This document shows positions 24,985 to 32,946 of a stretch of 64,000 nt of DNA, piece after piece. Within the stretch, counting starts at the first letter, position 1. Every line of letters begins with the position of its first letter. The notes beneath the pieces were generated by a model. That model saw only the letters and a list, made by a program, of their open reading frames with translations. It was not told the origin of the DNA and made no database searches. The position numbers and the translations under genes were made by a program. This DNA comes from Anthoceros angustus. Taxonomy: Eukaryota > Plantae > Anthocerotophyta. The stretch covers positions 620,001 through 684,000 of the forward strand of contig MU008169.1 in the NCBI GenBank assembly GCA_010909165.1, read 5' to 3'.

Positions 24985-25350
24985 ACTAAGAAGAAGAAGA
25001 ATTTTATTTAAGTCCACTAAGGACGGATTTCCGTCATGGGACATGGTGCTTAACAACTTGTACCATGTCCCATGACTTGTAAGGTCTTGCTAAGCCCATT
25101 GGGTGGAAAAAACGCCCCTGGCCACACACCTCTTCCCGACGGCTCTCTCATCTCTGGCTGAAGCTCTCAAAACCTCATCTCTTGCCAGAGCTCTTAAAGA
25201 AGTCCCTAAACCGCTAAAGCTCATAAGTTGGATAAACACCCACACACCTACATATATCTCAATTGTCATAAAGGAGTCACTAAGTGCTCAAGCTCAAAAG
25301 TTGGATAAACACCCTCCCACCTACATAAACATCCGTTGGAGCGATTGGTG
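24985..25350 (-). mobile_element. 3' end of a retroelement/SINE-like repeat ending in AATAAAA(TTC)n
   Basis: The terminal ~85 bp match the reverse complement of 32686-32770. Contains a 15-bp perfect inverted repeat (GTCATGGGACATGGT...ACCATGTCCCATGAC) and an internal ~73-bp-period duplication. Confidence 0.55.
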
Positions 25351-25359
25351 ATTTTTGTT

Positions 25360-26400
25360 TAGATTTTCATGGAGAGTAATCCTCCAAAGCATGCAAGGGC
25401 TTGTTTCCCAATGTTTTGGTGGAGATGGGTCTTCCCATCTCCGCGTTTTGAATAAGGTCTCCTCGAGAAGTAGCTCGGCCAATCTTGTCACTCTGACCTC
25501 TAGGACCCCTCCAACCCCAGGTTCACAAGAGCGCGGCTCCACTGTTCTAAGATGGCTGCTGGTGCTTGGCTACTGGCCCACCCATACATATGGGGTTTTC
25601 ATATCGTACCAACCACCTTCACTACTGCGATGGGATTCCATCTTGGCCTGCTCCAGCCTGTGGCTTCTTCGCTCCTTACTTGCGAGTGCAGCTCTGCCCT
25701 CGATGATTCTGGGGTACACCTTGCTCGTTGTCCCCACGGGAGTCATCGCATTGTCACTCATGACGTCGTCCGCTATGTCATGTTCGCCATCGCTCGCGAA
25801 AGCGGCTACATGGCTTGGAGGGAGCCGGGGTATACTCTTCGTACAGGTTGTTCAATCAAGGCTGACCTGTACTTTGTCCTTGGCGACCAGGTTTCGGTGG
25901 CGGATGTGGTGGTTACTGATGTGTCATCACTAACTGTCCAAGTTGGGCTGCTGCCGGAGCAGCGTCTCTCAAGGTCCGCAAATATAGTAGGATGCAAGCG
26001 GGGCACCTCTTTATTCCGCTTGCACTAGAAACGTATGGGGCAATGGCTGAGGACTTTGACAAATTTGTCAAGTCTTGTGCCAAAGCTTACCATGCGTGCA
26101 CATGGTATGGGGCTGTCCCTCTCATACTTTCACAGCATACTTCCCACAACGGGTTTCAATTGCCCTTCAAAGGACGCTCTCAACAGCGATCCTCCACAAG
26201 GCGGCGACAGTAGCTGACGCATTTTCCTCTACCTCCATGGTTTGTAGGCTGTTTATTCTTCCTGCATATGACATTGTGGGTGCAGTAGGTGACTTTAGGT
26301 AGGGAGCTTAGTTGCTCCTCTCCACCTCGACCTCCGGGTCCCCTTTGTTTGTCCCCTCCTAGATGGGCTCTTCCCATCGTTTTTTCACCTCAATAAAAAA
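25360..26400 (+). mobile_element. Decayed 5'-truncated CRE/Zepp-like non-LTR retrotransposon (zinc knuckle + restriction-like endonuclease)
   Basis: AAGAWLLAHP, CECSSALDDSGVHLARC (CCHC), RIVTHDVVR, KADL...ADVVVTD, LKVRKY, FIPLALETYG, QRVSIALQR; ends CAATAAAAAA. Frameshifted. Confidence 0.8.
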
Positions 26401-26627
26401 CTCTCTATCCTATTCAATAGCATTCAATCTTGAGAAACTTAAAATAATTATATAATTATTTTTATTAAGATATTTTTATTAATAATTAATTGAAGTTATC
26501 ACACCCCTCCTATATAAGTACCACTACCTTAATCTAATAGCCATAAAGATAAACATCCATCCAATTGTTTTAGTGAATTTGGCGACTTTATGAATATTTC
26601 AAAGTATACATCGAAGTCGCATATGGG

Positions 26628-26741
26628 ATGGGATTTTGATCTCAAGTAACCCATAATGAGATTTTGATCTGAAGTAACCCCCTCCCTAAGGTACTAACAA
26701 TTTCTTTAAGGCACTAACAATTTCTTTAAGGCACTAACAAT
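26628..26741. repeat. Short tandem repeats (about 29-bp period x2, then 20-bp unit x3)
   Basis: gattttgatct(c/g)aagtaaccc occurs twice; taagg(t/c)actaacaatttctt occurs three times. Confidence 0.8.
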
Positions 26742-28156
26742 TGACTGCCACGGCATACTACGGAGACAAGCGCATGATGTTTATAACATGGGCTATAGGG
26801 CTTTGAAGCTGGGATGGGTAGCATGGCATCCCAGCACTGGTCTTTATAAAAGGTGGAGCTAAAAGGTGGCTCCAACATCCATGCAATTAGCCATCCGCCC
26901 CAAGGGACTACGAAGTTTGCATGGCCTGGGCTTGTCCTGTCGGAATTCACAGTGTACGACAATGAATATTTGTTGTACCCAATAACTCCAACGCCTCAAT
27001 TCTACCTTTTAGCACACAATCACCACACACACGCTATCCGGGCGGCGGGTCCTGACATGGGGCGTTTTCAGTTTTCCCTGCAATCAGTGCAGGTCGGGCT
27101 GGAGCTGGCGCTGCGGCACCGGCCTCCCAGCTCGCCAGTTCAGTGAATCCGTGACTTGTACGTACCGGCCAGGTGGAAGGCTCGGGGACCAGGCTCGGGG
27201 GAGGCTCGGTGGAGGCTCGGCGGAGATCGCGGAAGATACGCGGCCTCCGACCGAAATTCCTGCAGGCTCGGGGCCGGCGAGATTACGGGAGCGGGGCGAC
27301 GTGGAGTTGTGAGGGGCGGGTATTTGGTGCGCCGCATCCAGTGGGAGGCTGGGGTTGTGCCGAGTACGGGACCGGGGCTGGCGGGCGCCAGGCTCGGAGA
27401 TTCAGCTTCGGGAGGGCTGTATGGCGGGACGAGATGACGCGCTCAGAGCCCTCCATTCTGCGCAGCTCCTCAGAGCCTCACAAGAGCCATCCGAGCTCGA
27501 CTGCCCGTGGCTTTTATTCCTTCTGCTGCATTAGGAAGTGCATTACACGGCGGCGTCCGATCTGCAGCAGCTGCATTGCAACATTGTGTCTTGTTGTGCG
27601 AGGAAGGAGAGAAGCTAGGGAGAAGGAAGGAAAGGCAGAAGCTTGTGTCCAGGTTTGGTTGTTCTCTTCTGCCGGCTGGCTGCGGTGCTGTGGTTCTTGT
27701 TTCTTGTTGAAGCCTGCTGCCAATTGTGCTCTGGTGACGCAATGTGGCTTGCATTTTCTCTTTAAGTCATATTTGGTGCCCCTGCTTCCCTGATCGGGCC
27801 TAGTCTCCGGTGATGGATTACGATCAAGAGTTTTGTGCCGCATCGGGCCCGGCTCCGCTGTTTGATGTGTGGAAGCTTCTGGAAGAAAGGAAGGAATGTT
27901 CCGGGTTTCGGATTTGGTTTTTGCCCTGTTGTTGTCGTTGTGGCGTGAGGAAGTCAATTGGCGTGCGGGAAGTCTAGGTTTTTCGCTCTTCTTGGTTAGC
28001 GATGTTGAATTGGTGTGCTTTCACTGTGATGATGCTGTGTTGGAGTCTCTGCTTAGTCGTGAGGTTGATCAGGGAATTTGTGACTTTACCTGCCAATTGG
28101 TGTTCTAACCTGGTTATGTTCGTGGTGCAGGTGTAGAGGATCTTGCCTGTTGCAGA

Positions 28157-29169
28157 ATGGCTCAATCCATTGCCGCTAGGAACGTTGTGTCGGTCAAGGC
28201 TCTGCAAAAGAGCTTCATCAAGATCTCGCAGCAAGCCGGAGTGAAGGCGCAGGTTGCCGCCTTCAGGAAGCTGTCCTCCGGCTTCAATGTTGCTCCCCTG
28301 AAGGTGGAGAGCAGGCCTGCATTGCAGTGGAACCCCCTGCCCGCCCGATCCGTGCAAATCTCAGCGGTGCTCAAGGGAAAGTCTAAGAGTGTAAGATTCC
28401 GTGAGAACCTTTCTGTTCTAGGTTTGATTGCGCGGGCTCCCGTGACGGCTTCCACTCACTTGACTGTCTGTCTGTTCGTGCAGGACTCCAAGTCCAAGAC
28501 TGAGGACGGCATTTTCGGCACATCCGGCGGGTTCGGCTTCACCAAGCAAAACGAGCTTTTCGTTGGCCGTGTTGCCATGCTCGGGTTTGCGGTAAGCAAC
28601 TTCACCGTCTTCCTCGGGTAGGTCATGTGTGGCGCGTCGTCGCTCTACCGTCACGTCCCCTTACTTTCTGTCCGTACCTTCTGCTGCAGGCTTCTCTACT
28701 GGGCGAGGCCCTGACTGGGAAGGGTACTTTGGAGCAATTCGACTTTGAGACCGGCATCCCGTTGAACGAGACGGAGCCCCTCCTGCTCTTCTTCATCTTG
28801 TTCACTCTGCTGGGTGCCATCGGAGCTCTGGGAGACCGTGGGAAATTCGTCGACGAGCCACAGACGCCCTTCATCCAACCGGGCAAGGGAGTCAAGGGTG
28901 CCCTCGGTCTGAACGAGAAGGGCCCGACTTTTGGATTCACCAAGGCCAATGAACTGTTCGTCGGAAGGCTGGCGCAGCTTGGCATTGCATTCGCCATCAT
29001 CGGTGAGGTCATCACCGGCAAGGGTGCCCTGGCTCAACTAAACATCGAGACAGGCATCCCCATCCAGGATATCGAGCCCCTCCTTCTCTTGAACATTGTT
29101 TTCTTTTTCCTTGCTGCCATCAACCCAGGTACAGGGAAGTTCATCAACGACGACGACATCGTTGAGTGA
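28157..29169 (+). CDS. PSBS: Photosystem II subunit S (NPQ4), 3 coding exons
   Basis: Exons 28157-28390, 28484-28591, 28690-29169. Transit peptide, then EDGIFGTSGGFGFTKQNELFVGRVAMLGFA, ETGIP, FGFTKANELFVGRLAQLG and AAINPGTGKF. Confidence 0.97.
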
Positions 29170-29876
29170 CGCCTCCCTCAAGAGTTTCAGATTATCGTAG
29201 ATTCCCGCAACCTTTTCAATGTAAATTTGACGAATTTTCTCCTAGAGACACTGGAGGATTCCTCCGTTTTGTCACAATGATATTGGGTTTTTCTTGTGGA
29301 ATTCAAAGAGTTTTAAGAGTTCAAAAGGCACGTCGCTTCTGGTTTCATTTCATGCGGCTTCTCTCCCAGTGTTGAGAAGCAACCAGGAGATGCATGTCTG
29401 TCCCACCTTCGCCGAAGAGCAAACGAGCCAATGAGAGAGGTTCAAATTGTGTGTTAGACGATTTGACTTGAGACAGGCTTCCCCGAAATTGTTTGGTGGA
29501 CAATCTGACTGAAGACATTTCGAGTCGAGTACCGGAGTTGGAGAATTATCCACCTCTTCACGGGAAGCATCGAATTGTGTACAAGCTCTGTTCCATCTTC
29601 CGCAGGTCGAAAGCCTTGCATGCAATCGCGAAAGGTAAGTTGTTGTTGTTGTGCCCATACAGTGAGTTCCTTGAATCTCCCATGTCAGATGGCTTATAGC
29701 TTAGAAGGACATCTAACTGCCTCGCACTTTCATCACCTGGACTGTGGACAAGCCGGAGACGATGCTATCACCCAGGGGCCGTGGAGCGCCAGCAACAAAC
29801 GGTGAAGATTCTGGTGTCGAGGGCAGCGTGGGAAAATTCGGGTAGTTAGGCCCACGTGTGGGCAGGACCTTGCAGC

Positions 29877-32309
29877 ATGGCCCAAGATCAGCACTACCAT
29901 GTGAACATCGACGCCTTCCTCAATACCAACCGGGAGAAGGGCAAACCAGCAAGGGTAATTGGGGTCGACCACAAGATGTACAATCCAGCCAAACCCATAC
30001 CCAGAAAAATCTGGCCCGAGGATGATCTGCTCACCTATTTCCCCAGGCAACTATCGGTGGTGCTCCAACAAGCCACCATCCCCAAGGAAGAGTACCCAGC
30101 CCTACTAGTCTTCCCCGAATTGTTTCATCCCCGGGACAAGCGTGCTACATACACGGCCGCGGGCACCAGCAGAAGCCCCAGCAGCAGCCCCCCAACAACC
30201 TCCGCCAATCCTGACCTAGCAGGCCACACCCCAAGATGGGCAGAGCCCCGCAAGGGCGGAATCGCCCACCAAGAAAAGGAAGCCATCATGCGCCAAGTCA
30301 CCGACGAATGCCACAGCCTCTTCACATCCAAGCAAGCTACCCAGGATTTCGAAGTCAGGAGAAAAGAAGTCCGCGAAGCCGGCCTCTACTCCAACCTCAA
30401 CCCTCAGCCTCCTCCCCAATTCGACCCTTACTTCCCCTGCGAACCCCAGAAGGCACCCACCAAGGTGAAGAAATCCGAGCCCACCCTGGAGTTCAACATC
30501 CTCTACACGGAACACACCACCACCCTCTGGATGAACGCCAAGGAAGCAGCCTACACCCCCATCTCGGCCCTGTTCCAGCGCATGGCCCCGGACATCTCCC
30601 AGTTCCTCCAATCCCACAACCTCCCTCCCCTCTCCTCCAAATCCCACAACGTCTACCTCTGCCCCCACGCCGCCCCCGGAACCACGGTGGCCGAGTGGGC
30701 AGCCCTCACCAACACCGCCATCGTCCTATACCCGAAGAAAGGACCCAACACCACCTTCTTCCGCCGCACCGAAACCCTCCCAAACCTCCTCTCCGACGTC
30801 CGCACCATCCTCCGCAAGGTCTCCTTCCAGCTCAAGACCCTGCAAACCCTAGCGCAGCTGGTGCAGCAGCAGTGGCTGGCCATCGCCGCCCGCCCGAGAT
30901 GGAAGCAGTGGGATGAGTTCGATCAAGCACCCAACGCCTTCTACCGCCTCCTCCGCCGTGCCATGCTCACCGCGGACCAGAACACGGCCGAGCTCCACTC
31001 CCGGCTCACCAACCCCTGCGGCTCTCTGCAACGCCACGCTGCCCGGGCAGGCAAAACCCCTGCCGAACACATCCTCGCCACCCGCTCTCATCTCAGCCGC
31101 CTCGAGAAGCAGAAGGAAGCTTCCTCCTACGCCATGGCGGCGAGGGGGCCCGACCCCCCGCGCCACCGGCGGGAGGCCATCGCCCAGCTCGAGGCCGAGG
31201 TTCGGGACGCTGAGAGGCGGCTTCTGTACCGGGCTGCGCCCATGTTCCAGGTCTGGGGACGGGCGTTCATCCCCTACGTCCGGAGGCGGATTGCTGACCT
31301 CCTTCCCCCCGACGGGTCCATCCCTGTGAGTCTGAACGCATACGGGTTCCCCAAAAACGAGACGTCCTGGAACTACGTGCTGGAACAGATCAGGAAGAGG
31401 CCGGAGCTGATGGCGAGGTTCCAGCTGAAGGGCATGAACTGGGAGGAGCTGAAGCATACCTTGGCGTGGGGCAGCGATGTCCACTCCATGGAAGTCCGCC
31501 CGCTCAATCTGGTCCGCGACCCCCGCCCCTGGAGGGCCACCCGGCTGTACGTGGAGGGGACCCACGTGTGCCACCACTCCGTCGGCCCCGCTCACCAGGC
31601 CGCCGCCATCACCAGCTCCGCGCTCAGTGAGTTCCGGCCCAAGTTGGAGAAGATCTGGAGAGTGGTGTACGGCGAGAAGGATCTGGATGTCCGCCTGCTC
31701 GCCGAGGACTTCTTCAACCCCTCCAGCGGCTCCCATCCCCGTGTCCTCTCGTCTCCGCAGCAGGAGCAGCCGCCATCACAGCAGCAGCAGCCATTGCAGC
31801 AGCAGCAGCTAGGGCTTCAGGCGCAAGGGGATCAGGAACCCCAGGATCGGCGGCCTGAGGTGCCAGGCTCTTGGAGAGCCAATCAGGAGCCCCATGCGCG
31901 ACCCGATCAGCAGGCAAATACCCAGCCCCGCAACCCTCGTTACGGCGACCACTTCCACGAGGCAAGAGGAAGGGGAAACCAGGAGCCCAAGGATCAGCAG
32001 CCTCAGGATCCAGGCCATTGGAGAGCCAATCAGGAGCCCCATGCGCGACCCGATCAGCAGGCAAATAGCCAGCCCCGCAACCCCCGTTACGGCGACCACT
32101 TCCACGAGGGAAGAGGAAGGGGAAACCAGGAGCCCCAGGATCAGCAGCCTCAGGATCCAGGCCATTGGAGATCCAATCAGGAGCCCCATGCGCGACCCGA
32201 TCAGCGGCCAAATCGCCAGCCCCGCGGCCATGTCCCTCAGTTTCCCGACCACTTCAGAAGGAGAGGCCATCGGTCGCATCCCGACGCGAAGGGGGCCCCG
32301 GACTGGTGA
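29877..32309 (+). CDS. Orphan ~810-aa intronless protein of unknown function with poly-Q and 49-aa C-terminal repeats
   Basis: 2.4-kb uninterrupted ORF with strong C/G third-position bias. An upstream splice donor (AG|GTAAGT about 29635) is consistent with a spliced 5' UTR. No family recognised. Confidence 0.7.
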   Translation: MAQDQHYHVNIDAFLNTNREKGKPARVIGVDHKMYNPAKPIPRKIWPEDDLLTYFPRQLSVVLQQATIPKEEYPALLVFPELFHPRDKRATYTAAGTSRSPSSSPPTTSANPDLAGHTPRWAEPRKGGIAHQEKEAIMRQVTDECHSLFTSKQATQDFEVRRKEVREAGLYSNLNPQPPPQFDPYFPCEPQKAPTKVKKSEPTLEFNILYTEHTTTLWMNAKEAAYTPISALFQRMAPDISQFLQSHNLPPLSSKSHNVYLCPHAAPGTTVAEWAALTNTAIVLYPKKGPNTTFFRRTETLPNLLSDVRTILRKVSFQLKTLQTLAQLVQQQWLAIAARPRWKQWDEFDQAPNAFYRLLRRAMLTADQNTAELHSRLTNPCGSLQRHAARAGKTPAEHILATRSHLSRLEKQKEASSYAMAARGPDPPRHRREAIAQLEAEVRDAERRLLYRAAPMFQVWGRAFIPYVRRRIADLLPPDGSIPVSLNAYGFPKNETSWNYVLEQIRKRPELMARFQLKGMNWEELKHTLAWGSDVHSMEVRPLNLVRDPRPWRATRLYVEGTHVCHHSVGPAHQAAAITSSALSEFRPKLEKIWRVVYGEKDLDVRLLAEDFFNPSSGSHPRVLSSPQQEQPPSQQQQPLQQQQLGLQAQGDQEPQDRRPEVPGSWRANQEPHARPDQQANTQPRNPRYGDHFHEARGRGNQEPKDQQPQDPGHWRANQEPHARPDQQANSQPRNPRYGDHFHEGRGRGNQEPQDQQPQDPGHWRSNQEPHARPDQRPNRQPRGHVPQFPDHFRRRGHRSHPDAKGAPDW
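31833..32255 (+). repeat. 147-bp coding tandem repeat, about x3
   Basis: QEPQDQQPQDPGHWRANQEPHARPDQQANSQPRNPRYGDHFHE.RGRGN units begin about 31833, 31980 and 32127. Confidence 0.95.
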
Positions 32310-32429
32310 AAGGACGTGGCGCCGTGCTGGTGGCGGTTGTAACTAACTTAACTACCTGCCGCAGGATGGTGATAGTCACTCTGCATAAAGTATCCAGTAT
32401 ATTTATAGCACAACACAGTTGTCATCCCA

Positions 32430-32501
32430 GGGCATTTGGTCTAGTGGTATGATTCTTGCTTAGGGTGCAAGAGGTCGCGAGTTCGATTCTCGCAATGCCC
32501 C
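32430..32501 (+). tRNA. tRNA-Pro (anticodon AGG)
   Basis: GGGCATT/AATGCCC acceptor stem, A-box TGGTCTAGTGG, anticodon stem CTTGC-TTAGGGT-GCAAG, T-arm GCGAG-TTCGATT-CTCGC; 72 nt. Confidence 0.95.
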
Positions 32502-32685
32502 TTATCTTGCATCTATACCCTTGTTACTTTTAGCGATAATGTGACTAGAAACTAGACTTCGTGACTGACTTGTAGACTTCGTTTGACAAATCACTTTCTG
32601 TCTACATCTTCTAATCTTTGGGGTGTCTAAAGGGAGTGGATGCCCTTGGTGCAAGTAGCTTAGGGCACCCCAAAGTTTAGGCACA

Positions 32686-32770
32686 CCATGGTACAAGTTG
32701 TGAAGTACCAAGTCCCATGACGGAAATCCGTCCTTAGTGGACTTCAATAAAATTCTCTTTCTTCTTCAGT
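32686..32770 (+). repeat. Dispersed repeat tail, an inverted copy of 24985-25068
   Basis: catggtacaagttgt...gtcccatgacggaaatccgtccttagtggacttcaataaaattctctttcttcttc. Confidence 0.85.
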
Positions 32771-32946
32771 ACCCAGTAGAGGACTTTCCTTCAGTCGGTG
32801 ATGTGGTGATGTGGTGATGCAAACGACATGCGATCTGTCTCAACTATCCTTCAGACGGTGATGTGGTGATGCAAAGGACATACGAGGGCATCGGACATAC
32901 AAGGCTGTTGTTGGCCTCATCTTCAGACGACAGGGGTTCCTGAACG

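Noticed and set aside
23974-25011. 345-aa ORF and antisense 253-aa ORF as separate genes
   Set aside because: Explained by read-through of the last CYP59 intron and shadow frames of a GC-rich RD/RE exon.
25020-25080. Hammerhead ribozyme in the hairpin-rich repeat tail
   Set aside because: A GAAA is present but the CUGANGA core is absent on both strands.
30216-32346. Long overlapping and antisense ORFs (150-295 aa) within the orphan gene
   Set aside because: Expected shadows of a GC3-rich coding sequence; no independent coding signal.
24985-32770. A single Pack-MULE/TIR transposon carrying PsbS
   Set aside because: No target-site duplication or canonical TIR termini found; the repeats look like outward-facing retroelement 3' tails. 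Kept only as an inverted-repeat observation.
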